Part shown: positions 14,501-28,730 of the stretch, one piece after another | Numbering within the stretch: the stretch's first letter is position 1 | Layout: every line of letters begins with the position of its first letter | Assembly: GCA_964016885.1 (NCBI GenBank) | Contig: OZ024742.1 | Location: 160,084,001 to 160,148,000 of the forward strand | DNA: 64,000 nucleotides | Source of the DNA: Eledone cirrhosa | Taxonomy: Eukaryota | Direction of reading: 5' to 3' | Position numbers and translations under genes: made by a program | Notes under the pieces: model-generated | The model's database searches: none | The model's input: the letters and a program-made list of their open reading frames with translations, nothing else | Told to the model about the DNA's origin: nothing

Positions 14501-17500
14501 AAAGACATTGTGTCATCCGGTAGTATCTCTTCAATCTAACGACACTGTGTCATCTGGTAGTCTGTCTTTAATCTAAAGACACTGTGTCATCTGGTGTTCT
14601 GTCTTAAATCTAAAGACACGATGTGTCATCAGGTAGTCTGTCTTTAATCTAAAGACACTGTGTGATCTGGTGGTCAGTCTTTAATTTAAACACTGTGTCA
14701 TCTGGTAGTCTTTAATATAAAGCCACTGTGTCATCTGGTGATCTATCTTTAATCTAAGGACACTGTGTCATCTGGCGGTCTGTCATTAATCTAAAGACAC
14801 TATGTGTCATCTGGTAGCCTGTCTTTAATCTAAAGACACTGTGTCATATGGCATCTGTCTTTAATCTAAAGACACTGTATCATCTGGTGGTCTGTCATTA
14901 TCTAAAGATACAATATGTCATCTGATAGTATGTCTTTAATCTAAAGATACTGTGTCATCTGGTAGCCTGTCTTTAATCTAAAGACAATGTGTCATCTGGT
15001 GTTCTGTCTTTAATCTAAAGACACTGTGTCATCTGGTGGTCTGTCTTTAATCTAATGACACTGTGTCATATGGCGGTCTGTCATTAATCTAAAGACACGA
15101 TGTGTCATCTGGTAGTCTTTAATATAAAGACACTGTGTCATCTGGTTGTCTGTCTTTAATATAAAGACACTGTGTCAACTGGTGGTCTGTCTTTAATCTA
15201 AAGACACTGTGTCATCTGGCGGTATGTGTCATCTGGTAGCCTGTCTTTAATCTAAAGACACTTTGTCATACGGTGGTCTGTCCTTAATCGAAAGACACTG
15301 TGTCATCTCGTGGTCTGTCTTTAATCTAAAGACACTGTGTCATCTGGTAGTATCACCTTAATCTAAAGACACTGTGTCATCTGGTAGTATCACCTTAATC
15401 TAAAGACACTGTGTCATCTGGTAGTATCACCTTAATCTAAAGACACTGTGTCATCTGGTAGTCTCTCTTTAATCTAACGACACTGTGTCATATGGCGTCT
15501 GTCTTTAATCTAAATACACTATTTCATCCAGTGGTCTGTAATTATCTAAAGATACAATATGTCATCTGATAGTATGTCTTTAATCTTAAGACATTGTGTC
15601 ATCTTGTGGTCTGTCTTTTATCTGAAAATACTGTGTCATCTGGTGGTCTGTCTTTAATCTAGATACACTGTGTCATCTGGTTGTCTGTCTTTAATCTAAA
15701 GACACTGTGTCATCTGACGGTCTGTCATTAATTTAAAGACACTATGTGTCATCTGGTGGTCTGTCTTTAATCTAAAGACAATGTGTCATCCGGTGGTCTG
15801 TCCTTAATCTAAAGATAAAATATGTCATCTGGTGGTCTGTCATTAATCTAAAGACAAGATGTGTCATCTAGTAGTCTTTTATATAAAGACACTGTGTCAT
15901 CTGGTTGTCTGTCTTTAATCTAAAACTCTGTGTCATCTGGTGGATGTCTTTAATCTAAAGACACTGTGTCACATGGGGGTCTGACTTTAATCTATAGACA
16001 CTGTGTCATCCGGTGGTCTGTCATTATCTAAAGATACAATATGTCATCTGATAATATGTCTTTAATCTAAAGACACCGTGTCATCTGGTGGTCTGTCTTT
16101 AATCTAAAGACACTGTGTCCTCTGGTAGTCTGTCTTTAATCTAAAGACATTGTGTCATCTGTTGGTCTATCTTTAACCGAAAGACACTGTGTCATCTTGT
16201 GGTCTGTCTTTAATCTAAAGATAGTCTGTCATCTGGTAGAATTTCCTTAATCTAAAGACACTGTGTTATCTGGTAGTCTCTCTTTAATTTAATGACACTC
16301 TGTCATCTGGTAGTCTTTAATCTAAAGACATATGTCATCTGATTGTCTGCCTTTAAGCTAAAGAAAAAATGTGTCATCTGGTAGTCTGTCTTTAATCTAA
16401 AGACACTGTGTCATCTGGTGGTCTGTCTTTAATTTAAAGAAACTGTCTCATCTGGTGGTCTGTCTTTAATTTAAAGACACTGTCTCATCTGGTGGTATGT
16501 CATTAATCTAAAGACGATCTGTCATGTACTGGTCTGTCTTTAATCTAAAGACACTGTCTCATCCGTTGGTGTGTCTTTAATCTAAAGACGCGATGTGTCA
16601 TCTGGTAGTCTTTTATATGAAGAAGCTTGGTCATCTGGTTGTCTGACTTTAACTTTAATCTAAAGATACTGTGTCATCTGGTGATCTCTCTTTAATCTAA
16701 AGACACTGTGTCTTCTGGTTGTCTGTCTTTAATCTAAAGACACTGTGTCATCTGTTGGTCTGTCTTTTATCTAAAGATATTGTGTCATCTGTTAGTCTGT
16801 CTTTAACCGAAAGATACTGTGTCATCTGGGGGTCTGTCTTTAATCTAAAGACACTGTGTCATCTGGTAGTATCTCCTTAATCTAAAGACACTGTGTCATC
16901 TGGTAGTCTCTCTTTATTCTAAAGACATTGTGTCATCTGGTGGTCTGTCTTTAATCTAAAGACACGATGTGTCAACTGGTAGTCTGTCTTTAATCTAAAG
17001 ACACGTTGTGTCATCTGGTAGTCTGTCTTTAATCTAAAGACACGATGTGTCATCTTGTGGTCTGATTTTTATCTGAAAACACTGTGCCATCTGGTCGTCT
17101 GCCTTTAATCTAAAGACACTGTGTCATCTGGTGGTCTGTCTTTAATCTAAAGACATTGTCTCATCTGGTAGTATCTCTTTAATCTAACGACACTGTGTCA
17201 TCTGTTAGTCTCTCCTTAATCTAAAGACACGATGTGTCGTCTTGTGTTCTGTCATTAATCTAAAGACACTATGTGTCATCTGGTAGCCTGTCTTTAATCT
17301 AAAGACAATGTGTCATCCGGGAGTCTGTCTTAAATCGAAATACACGATGTGTCATCTGGTAGTCTGTCTTTAATATAAAGACACTCTGACATCTGGTGGT
17401 CAGTCTTTAATCTAAACACTGTGTCATCTGGTAGTATCTCTTTAATCTAAAGACACCGTGTCATCTGTTAGTCTCTCCTTAATCTAAAGACACTGTGTCG

Positions 17501-17620
17501 TCTTGTGTTCTGTCATTAATCTAAAGACACTATGTGTCATCTGGTAGCCTGTCTTTAATCTAAAGACAATGTGTCATCCGGTGATCTGTCCTTAATCTAA
17601 AGATACAATGTGTCATCTGG
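3300..17620. repeat. Near-identical ~7.12-kb tandem higher-order duplication inside the satellite
   Basis: Diagnostic variants recur at a 7123-bp offset: TATATGAAGAAGCTT 6474/13597 and 9491/16614; ATCAC triplet 4876/11999 and 8229/15352; GTGATC 10458/17581. Confidence 0.92.
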
Positions 17621-18800
17621 TATTCTGTCTTTAATCTAAAGACACGATGTGTCATCTGGTAGTCTTTTATATAAAGACACTGTGTCATCTGGTTGTCTGT
17701 CTTTAATCTAAAGACACTGTGTCATCTAGTGGTCTGTCTTTAATCTAAAGACACTGTGTCAGATGGCGGTCTGTCTTTAATCTAAAGACACGATGTCTCA
17801 TCTGGTAGTCTTTAATATAAAGCCACTGAGTCATCTGGTTGTCTGTCTTTAATATAAAGACACTGTGTCAACTGGTGGTCTGTCTTTAATCTAAAGACAC
17901 TGTGTCATCTGGCGTTATGTGTCATCTGGTAGCCTGTCTTTAATCTAAAAACACTTTGTCATACGGTGGTCTGTCCTTAATCTAAAGATATTGTGTCATC
18001 TGGTAGTCTATCTTTAATCGAAAGATACTGTGTCATCTCGTGGTCTGTCTTTAATCTAAAGACACTGTGTCATCTGGTAGTATCACCTTAATCTAAAGAC
18101 ACCGTTTCATCTGGTAGTCTCTCTTTAATCTAAAGACGTTGTGTCATCTGGTAGTCTGCTTTAATCTAAAGACATTGTGTCATCTGGTGGTCTGTCTTTA
18201 ATCTAAAGACACGATGTGTCATCTGGTAGTCTGTCTTTAATCGAAAGACACGATGTGTCATCTTGTGGTCTGTCTTTTATCTGAAAATACTGTGTCATCT
18301 GGTGGTCTGTCTTTAATCAAGAGACACTGTGAGATATGGTTGTTTGTCTTTAATCTAAAGACACTGTTTCATCTGGTGGTCTGTCTTTAATCTAGAGACA
18401 CTGTGTCATCTGGTTGTCTGTCTTTAATCTAAAGACACTGTTTCATCTGGTGGTCTGTCTTTAATCTAGAGACACTGTGTCATCTGGTTGTCTGTCTTTA
18501 ATCTAAAGACAATGTTTCATCTGGTGGTCTGTCTTTAATCTAAAGATACTGTACCATCTGGGAGTCTGCCTTTAATCTAAAGATACAATGTGTCATCTGA
18601 TGGTCTGTCTTTAATCTAAAGACACTGTGTCATCTGGTGTTCTATCTTAAATCTAAAGACACGATGTCTCATCTGGTAGTCTTTAATATAATGACACTGT
18701 GTCATCTGGTTGTCTGTCTTTAATCTAAATACACTGTGTCATCTGGTGCTCTGTGTTTAATCTAAAGACACTGTGTCATCTGACGGTCTGTCATTAATTT

Positions 18801-18980
18801 GTGGATTGGCAGTATCGGTAGAGGGTCGGACGCCATGCTTTCCAGCATAGTTACGTCCCTTTACGATCTGAGTTCAAATCCCGCCGAGGATGACTTTGCC
18901 TTTCATCCTTAAGGGGTCGATATAATAAAGTACCAGTAATGCACTGGATAATTGCTGGCCTTGTGCCTAAAGTAGAAACA
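18801..18980 (+). mobile_element. Third SINE copy in the satellite
   Basis: Same family. TSD ATTAATTT at 18793-18800 and 18981-18988. Confidence 0.9.
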
Positions 18981-21900
18981 ATTAATTTAAAGACACTGTG
19001 TCATCTGGTGGTCTGTCTTTAATATAAAGACACTGTGTCATCTGGTTGTCTGTCTTTAATCTAAAACACTGTGTCATCTGGTGGATGTATTTAATCTAAA
19101 GACACTGTTTCATATGGCGGTCTGACTTTAATGTAAATACACTGTGTCCTCTGGTAGTCTGTCTTTAATCTAAAGACATTGTGTCATCTGTTCGTCTGTC
19201 TTTAATCTAAAGATACTGTGTCATCTGGTAGTCTATCTTTAACCGAAAGACACTGTGTCATCTTGTGGTCTGTCTTTAATCTAAAGATACTCTGTCATCT
19301 GGTAGTATCTCCTTAATCTAAAGACACTGTGTCATCTGGTAGTCTCTCTTTAATTTAATGACACTGTGTCATCTGGTAGTCTGTCTTTAATCTAAGGACA
19401 TATGTCATCTGATAGTATGTCTTTAATCTAAAGACACTGTGTCATCTGGTTGTCTGTCTTTAATCTAAAGACACTGTGTCATCTGGTTGTCTGTCTTTGA
19501 TCTAAAGACACTGTGTCATCTGTTGGTCTGTCTTTTATCTAAAGATACTAGTATCTCCTTAATCTAAAGACACTGTGTCATCTGGTAGTCTCTCTTTATT
19601 CTAAAGACATCGTGTCAACTGATAGTCTGTCTTTAATCTAAAGACACGATGTGTCATCTGGTAGTCTGTCTTTAATCTAAAGACACGATGTGTCATCTTG
19701 TGGTCTGTCTTTTATCTGAAAATACTGTGCCATCTGGTAGTCTGCCTTTAATCTAAAGACACTGTGTCATCTGGTGGACTGGCTTTAATCTAAAGACATT
19801 GTGTCATCTGGTAGTATCTCTTTAATCTAACGACACTGTGTCATCTGGTAGTCTGTCTTTAATCTAAAGACATCTGTCATCTGGTATTCTGTCTTAAATC
19901 AAAATACACGATGTGTCATCTGGTAGTCTGTCTTTAATCTAAAGACACTCTGACATCTGGTGGTCAGTCTTTAATCTAAACACTGTGTCATCTGGTAGTA
20001 TCTCTTTAATCTAAAGACACTGTGTCATCTGTTAGTCTCTCCTTAATCTAAAGACACTGTGTCGTCTTGTGTTCTGTCATTAATCTAAAGACACTATGTG
20101 TCATCTGGTAGCCTGTCTTTAATCTAAAGACAATGTGTCATCCGGTGGTCTGACCTTAATCTAAAGATACAATGTGTCATCTGGTCTTCTGTCTGTAATC
20201 TAAAGACACAATGTGTCATCTGGTAGTCTTTTATATAAAGACACTGTGTCATATGGCGTTCTGTCTTTAATCTAAAGACACGATGTCTCATCTGGTAGTC
20301 TTCAATATAAAGCCACTGTGTCATCTGGTTGTCTGTCTTTAATCTAAAGACACTGTGTCAACTGGATGTCTTTCTTTAATCTAAAGACACTGTGTCGTCT
20401 TGTGTTCTGTCATTAATCTAAAGACACTATGTGTCATCTGGTAGCCTGTCTTTAATCTAAAGACAATGTGTCATCCGGTGGTCTGACCTTAATCTAAAGA
20501 TTCAATGTGTCATCTGGTGTTCTGTCTTTAATCTAAAGACACGATGTGTCATCTGTTGGTCTGTCTTTAATCTAAAGACACTGTGTCATATGGCGGTCTG
20601 TCTTTAATCTAAAGACACGATGTGTCATCTGTTAGTCTTTAATATAAAGCCACTGTGTCATCTGGTTGTCTGTCTTTAATATAAAGACATTGTGTCAACT
20701 GCTGGTCTGTCTTTAATCTAAAGACACTGTGTCATCTGGCGGTATGTGTCATCTGGTAGCCTGTCTTTAATCTAAAGACACTTTGTCATACGGTGGTCTG
20801 TCCTTAATCTAAAGATACTGTGTCATCTGGTAGTCTGTCTTTAACCGAAAGATACTGTGACATCGGGTGGTCTGTCTTTAATCTAAAGACACTGTGTCAT
20901 CTGGTAGTATCTCCTTAATCTAAAGACACTGTTTCATCTGGTCGTCTCACTTTAATCTAAAGACATTGTGTCATCTGGTGGTCTGTCTTTAATCTAAATA
21001 CACTGTTTCATCCAGTGGTCTGTAATTATCTAAAGATACAATATGTCATCTGATAGTATGTCCTTAATCTAAAGACACTGTGTCATCTGGTGGTCAGTCT
21101 TTAATCTAAAGACACTGTCATCTGGTGGTCTATCTTTAATCTAGAGACTCTGTGTCATCTGGTTGTCTGTCTTTAATCTAAAGACAGTGTTTCATTTGGT
21201 TGTCTGTCTTTAATCTAAAGATACTGTGCCATCTGGGAGTCTTTCTTTAATCTAAAGACACTGTGTCATACAGGGGTCTGTTCTTAATATAAAGATACAA
21301 TGTGTCATCTGATGATCTGTCTTTAATCTAAAGACACTGTGTCATCTGGTGTTCTATCTTAAATCGAAAGAGACTGTGACATCTGGTGGTCTGTCTTTTA
21401 TCTAAACACTGTCTCATCTGGTAGTCCCTCCTTAATCTAAAGACACTGTATGATCTGGTGTTCTGTCTTTAATCTAAAGACACGATGTCTCATCTGGTAG
21501 TCTTTAATATAAAGACACTGTGTCATCCGGTGGTCTGTCCTTAATCTAAAGATACAATGTGTCATCTGGTGTCCTGTCTTTAATCTAAAGACACGATGTG
21601 TTATCTGGTAGTCTTTTATATAAAGAAGCTTGGTCATATGGCGGTCTGTCTTTAATCTATAGACACTGTGTCATCCGGTGGTCTGTCATTATCTAAAGAT
21701 ACAATATGTCATCTGATAGTATGTTTTTAATCTAAAGACACTGTGTCATCTGGTTGTCTGTCTTTAATATAGAGACACTGTGTCATCTGGTGGTCTGTCT
21801 TTAATCTAAAGATACTGTGCCATGTGGTAGTCTGCCTTTAATCTAAAGACACTATGTAATCTGGTTGTCTGTCTTTAATCTAAAAATACTGTGTCATATG

Positions 21901-24900
21901 GCGGTCTCTCTTTAATCTAAAGACACCGTGTCATCTGGTAGTCTCCCCTTAATCTAAAGACACTGTGTCATCTGGTGTCCTGTCATAAATCTAAAGACAC
22001 GATGTCTCATCTGGTAGTCTTTAATATAAAGACACTGTGTTATCCATCTGGAGGTCTGTCATAAATCTAAAGACACTATGTGTTATCTGGTAGCCTGTCT
22101 TTAATCTAAAGACACTGTGTCATCCGGTGGTCTTTTCTTAATCTAAAGATACAATGTGTGATCTGGTAGTCTTTTATATAAAGACACTGTGTCATCTGGT
22201 TGTCTGTCTTTAATCTAAAGACACTGTATCATCTGGTGGTCTGTCCTTAATCTAAAGACACTGTGTCATATGGCGGTCTGTCTTTAATCTAAAGACACGA
22301 TGTCTCATCTGGTAGTCTTTAATATAAAAACACTGTGTCATCTGGTTGACTGTCTTTAATCTAAAGACACTGTGTCATCTGGTAATCTCTTTTTAATCTA
22401 AAGACACTGTGTCATCTGGTAGTCTGTCTTTAATCTAAGGACATCGTCTCATCTGGTGGTCTATCTATAATCTAAAGACACTGTCATCCGGTAGTATCTC
22501 TTTAATCTAAAGAATCTGTATCATCTGGTGATCTGTCTTTAATCTAAAGAATCTGTATCATCTGGTGATCTGTCTTTAATCTAAAGAAACTGTGTCATCT
22601 GGTGTTCTGTCTTTAATCTAAAGACAAGATGTGTCATCTGGTAGTCTTTCTTTAACCGAAAGACACTGTGTCATGTGGTGGTCTGTCTTTAATCTAAAGA
22701 TACTCTGTCATCTGGTAGTAACTCCTTCATCTAAAGACACTGTGTCATCTGGTAGTCTCTCTTTAATCTAAAGACACTGTGTCATCTGGTGGTATGTCAT
22801 TAATTTAAAGACAATGTGTGATATAGTGGTCTGACTTCAATCTAAATATACTGTGTAATCCGGTGGTGTGTCTTTAATCTAAAGACACTCTGTCATCTGG
22901 TTATCTGTCTTTAATCTAAAGACATTGTGTCATCTGGTAGTATCTCTTTAATCTAAAGACACTCTGTCATCTAGTTGTCTGTCTTTAATCTAAAGACATT
23001 GTGTCATCTGGTAGTATCTCTTTAATCTAAAGACACTCTGTCATCTGGTTGTCTGTCTTTAATCTAAAGATACTGTCATCCGGTAGTATCTCTTTAATCT
23101 AAAGAATCTGTATCATCTGGTGGTGTCTCCTTAATCGAAAGAAACTGTGTCATCTGGTGTTCTGTCTTTAATCTAAGGACATATGTCATCTGATTGTCTG
23201 CCTTTAAGCAACAGAAAAAATTGTGTCATCTTCTGGTCTGTCTTTAATCTGAAGCCACTGTGTCATCTGTTGGTCTGTCTTTAATCTAAATACACTCTGT
23301 CATCTGGTTGTCTGTCTTTAATCTAAAGACACTGTATCATCTGGTAGCTGTCTTTAATCTAAAGACACTGTGTCATCTGGTTGTCTGTCTTTAATCTAAA
23401 GACTTTGTGTCATCTTGTGGTCTATCTATAATCTAAAGACACTGTCATTTGGTAGTATCTCTTTAATCTAAAGAATCTGTATCATTTGGTGGTCTGTCTT
23501 TAATCTAAAGAAAATGTCATCTGCCGGTCTGTTTTTAAACTAAAGACACGATGCGTCATCTGGTAGCCTGTTTTTAATCTAAAGACAGTGTCATCCGGTG
23601 GTCTGTCCTCAATCTAAATATACAATGTGTCATCTGATAGTATGTCTTTAATCTAAAGACACTGTGTCATCTGGTGGTCTGTCTTTAATCTAAAGACACA
23701 GTGTCATCTGTTAGTCTGTTTTTAATCACTGTGTCATATAGTGGTCTGTCTTTAATCTAAAGACACTGTGTCATCTGGTGGTCTGACCTTAATCTAAAGA
23801 TACAATATGTCATCTGGTGTTCTATCTTTAATCTAATGAGACGATGTGTCACCTGGTAGTCTCTAATATAAAGTCACTGTGTCATCTGGTGGTCTGTCTT
23901 TAATCTAAAAATACTGTGTCATCTGGTAGTCAGTCTTTAATCTAGAGACACTGTGCCATGCGATAGTCTGCCTTTAATCTAAAGACACTGTGTCATCTGG
24001 AGGTTTGTCTTTAATCTAAAGACTTTGTGTCATCTGGTAGTCTGATTTTGATCTAAAGACACTGTGTCATCTGGTGTTCTGTCTTTAATCTAAAGACACG
24101 ATGTGTCATCTGGTGTTCTGTCTTTAATCTAAAGACACTATGTCATCTTGTGGTCTGTCTTTAATCTAAAAATACTGTGTCATCTGGTAGTATCTCCTTA
24201 ATCTAAAGACACCATGTCATCTGGTAGTATCTCTTCAATCTAAAGACACTGTGTCATCTGGAGTTCTGTCTTTAATCTAAAGACACGATGTCTCATCTGG
24301 TAGTCTTTAATATAAAGACACTGTGTCATCTGTTTGTCTATCTATAATCTAAAGACACTGTGTCCTCTGGTAGTCTGTCTTTAATCTAAAGAAACTGTGT
24401 CATCTGGTGTTCTGGCTTTAATCTAAAGACACGATGTGTCATCTTCTAGTCTGTCTATAATCTAAAGACATATGTCATCTGATGGTCTGCCTTTAATCTA
24501 AAGAAACGCTGTGTTATCTGGTGGTCTGTCTTTAATCAAAAGACTATGTGTAATCTGGGTCTCTGTCTTTAATCTAAAGACACAGTGTCTTCTGGTGGTC
24601 TGTCTTTAATATAAAGACATTGTGTCATCTGGTGGTCTGTCTTTAATCTAAAGACATTGTGTTATCTGGTAGTCTCTGTTTAATATAAAGACACAGTATC
24701 ATCTGCTACTCTGTCTTTAATCTAACGACATATGTCATCTGATGGTCTGCCTTTAAACTAAAGAAACAATGTGTCATCTGTTGGTCTGTCTTTAATATAA
24801 AGACTGAGTCATCTGGTGGTCTGTCTTTAATTTAAATACACTGTGTCAACTGTTTGTCTATCTTTAATCTAAAGACACTGTGTCATCTGTTGGTCTGTCT

Positions 24901-24939
24901 TTAATCTAAAGACACTGTGTCATATGGTTATCTGTCTTT

Positions 24940-27900
24940 AATCTAAAGACACTGTGTCATCTGGTGGTCTGTCTTTAATCTAAAGATACTGTGTCATCTG
25001 TCTGTCTTTAATCTAAAGACACGATGTGTCATCTGGTAGCCTGTCTTTAATCTAAAGACACTGTGTCATCTGGCGTTCTGTCCGTAATCTAAAGATACAA
25101 TGTGTCATCTGATAGTATGTCTTTAATCTAAAGACACTGTGTCATCTGGTGTTCTCTCTTTAATATAAATAAACTGTGTCATCTGGTTGTCAGTCTTTAA
25201 TATAAAGACACTGTGTCATCTGTTTGTCTGTCTTTAATCTAAAGACAATGTGTCATCTGGCGGTTTGTTTTTAAACAAAAGACACTATGTGTCATCTGGT
25301 AGCCTGTTTTTAATCGAAAGACAGTGTCATCTGGTGGTCTGTCCTCAATCTAAATATACAATGTGTCATCTGATAGTATGTCTTTAATCTAAAGACACTG
25401 TGTCATCTGGTGGTCTGTCTTTAATCTAAAGACACTGTGTCATCTGGTAGTCTGTTTTTAATCTAAATACACTGTGTCATATAGTGGTCTGTCTTTCATC
25501 TAAATACACTTTGTCATCCGGTGGTCTGACTTTAATCTAAAGATACAATATCTCATCTGGTGTTCTGTCTTTAATCTAAAGAGACGATGTGTCACCTGGT
25601 AGTCTCTAATATAAAGACACTGTGTCATCTGGTGGTCTGTCTTTAATCTAAAAATACTGTGTCATCTGGTAGTCAGTCTTTAATCTAGAGACACTGTGTC
25701 ATCTGGTTGTCTGTCTTTAACTTAAAGACACTGTTTCATCTAGTGGTCTCTCTTTAATCTAAATATACTGTGCCATGCGATAGTCTGCCTTTAATCTTAA
25801 GACACTGTGTCATCTGGAGGTTTGTCTTTAATCTAAAGACTCTGTGTCATCTGATAGTATCTCTTTAATCTAAAGACACTGTGTCATCTGGTAGTCTGTC
25901 TTTGATCTAAAGACACTGTGTCATCTGGTGTTCTGTCTTTAATGTAAAGACACGATGTGTCATCTGGTGGTCTGTCTTTAATCTAAAGACACTGTGTCAC
26001 CTGGTTGTCTGTCTTCAATCTAAAGACACTATGTCATCTTGTGGTCTGTCTTTAATCTAAAAATACTTTGTCATCTGGTAGTATCTCCTTAATCTAAAGA
26101 CACCATGTCATCTGGTAGTCTCTCTTCAATCTAAAGACACTGTGTCATCTGGTGTTCCGTCTTTAATCTAAAGACACGATGTCTCAACTGCTAGTCTTTT
26201 ATATAAAGACACTGTGTCATCTGTTTGGCTATCTATTATCTAAAGACACTGTGTCCTCTGGTATTCTGGCTTTAATCTAAAGACACTGTGTCATCTGGTG
26301 TTCTGGCTTTAATCTAAAGACACGATGTGTCATCTGCTAGTCTGTCTATAATCTAAAGACATATGTCATCTGATGGTCTGCCTTTAAACTAAAGAAACGA
26401 TGGGTTATCTGGTGGTCTGTCTTTAATCTAAAGACTCTGTGTAATCTGGTTCTCTGTCTTTAATCTAAAGACACAGTGCCATCTGGTGGCCTGTCTTTAA
26501 TATAAAGACATTGTGTCATCTGGTGGTCTGTCTTTAATCTAAAGATATTGTGTTATCTGGTAGTCTCTGTTTAATATAAAGACACTGTATCATCTGCTAC
26601 TCTGTCTTTAATCTAACGACATATGTCATCTGATGGTCTGCCTTTAAACTAAAGAAACAATGTATCATCTGTTGGTCTGTCTTTAATATAAAGACTGAGT
26701 TATCTGGTGGTCTGTCTTTAATTTAAAGACACTGTGTCAGCTGTTTGTTTATCTTTAATCTAAAGACACTGTGTCATCTGTTGGTCTGTCTTTAATCTAA
26801 AGACACTGTGTCATCTGCTGGTCTGTCTTTAATCTAAAGACACTGTGTCATCTGGTGGTCTGTCTTTAATCTAAAGATACTGTGTCATCTGTCTGTCTTT
26901 AATCTAAAGACACGATGTGTCATCTGGTAGCCTGTCTTTAATCTAAAGACACTGTGTCATCTGGCGTTCTGTCCGTAATCTAAAGATACAATGTGTCATC
27001 TGATAGTATGTCTTTAATCTAAAGACACTGTGTCATCTGGTGTTCTCTCTTTAATATAAATAAACTGTGTCATCTGGTTGTCAGTCTTTAATATAAAGAC
27101 ACTGTGTCATCTGTTTGTCTGTCTTTAATCTAAAGACAATGTGTCATCTGGCGGTTTGTTTTTAAACAAAAGACACTATGTGTCATCTGGTAGCCTGTTT
27201 TTAATCGAAAGACAGTGTCATCTGGTGGTCTGTCCTCAATCTAAATATACAATGTGTCATCTGATAGTATGTCTTTAATCTAAAGACACTGTGTCATCTG
27301 GTGGTCTGTCTTTAATCTAAAGACACTGTGTCATCTGGTAGTCTGTTTTTAATCTAAATACACTGTGTCATATAGTGGTCTGTCTTTCATCTAAATACAC
27401 TTGGTCATCCGGTGGTCTGACTTTAATCTAAAGATACAATATCTCATCTGGTGTTCTGTCTTTAATCTAAAGAGACGATGTGTCACCTGGTAGTCTCTAA
27501 TATAAAGACACTGTGTCATCTGGTGGTCTGTCTTTAATCTAAAAATACTGTGTCATCTGGTAGTCAGTCTTTAATCTAGAGACACTGTGTCATCTGGTTG
27601 TCTGTCTTTAACTTAAAGACACTGTTTCATCTAGTGGTCTCTCTTTAATCTAAATATACTGTGCCATGCGATAGTCTGCCTTTAATCTTAAGACACTGTG
27701 TCATCTGGAGGTTTGTCTTTAATCTAAAGACTCTGTGTCATCTGATAGTATCTCTTTAATCTAAAGACACTGTGTCATCTGGTAGTCTGTCTTTGATCTA
27801 AAGACACTGTGTCATCTGGTGTTCTGTCTTTAATGTAAAGACACGATGTGTCATCTGGTGGTCTGTCTTTAATCTAAAGACACTGTGTCACCTGGTTGTC

Positions 27901-28730
27901 TGTCTTCAATCTAAAGACACTATGTCATCTTGTGGTCTGTCTTTAATCTAAAAATACTTTGTCATCTGGTAGTATCTCCTTAATCTAAAGACACCATGTC
28001 ATCTGGTAGTCTCTCTTCAATCTAAAGACACTGTGTCATCTGGTGTTCCGTCTTTAATCTAAAGACACGATGTCTCAACTGCTAGTCTTTTATATAAAGA
28101 CACTGTGTCATCTGTTTGGCTATCTATTATCTAAAGACACTGTGTCCTCTGGTATTCTGGCTTTAATCTAAAGACACTGTGTCATCTGGTGTTCTGGCTT
28201 TAATCTAAAGACACGATGTGTCATCTGCTAGTCTGTCTATAATCTAAAGACATATGTCATCTGATGGTCTGCCTTTAAACTAAAGAAACGATGGGTTATC
28301 TGGTGGTCTGTCTTTAATCTAAAGACTCTGTGTAATCTGGTTCTCTGTCTTTAATCTAAAGACACAGTGCCATCTGGTGGCCTGTCTTTAATATAAAGAC
28401 ATTGTGTCATCTGGTGGTCTGTCTTTAATCTAAAGATATTGTGTTATCTGGTAGTCTCTGTTTAATATAAAGACACTGTATCATCTGCTACTCTGTCTTT
28501 AATCTAACGACATATGTCATCTGATGGTCTGCCTTTAAACTAAAGAAACAATGTATCATCTGTTGGTCTGTCTTTAATATAAAGACTGAGTTATCTGGTG
28601 GTCTGTCTTTAATTTAAAGACACTGTGTCAGCTGTTTGTTTATCTTTAATCTAAAGACACTGTGTCATCTGTTGGTCTGTCTTTAATCTAAAGACACTGT
28701 GTCATCTGCTGGTCTGTCTTTAATCTAAAG
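24940..28730. repeat. 1891-bp tandem higher-order duplication inside the satellite
   Basis: Marker pairs at 24991/26882, 25261/27152 and 26811/28702. Confidence 0.92.

Noticed and set aside
20124-21637. 66-aa ORFs inside the satellite
   Set aside because: Chance stop-free stretches of a repeat whose period is not a multiple of three.
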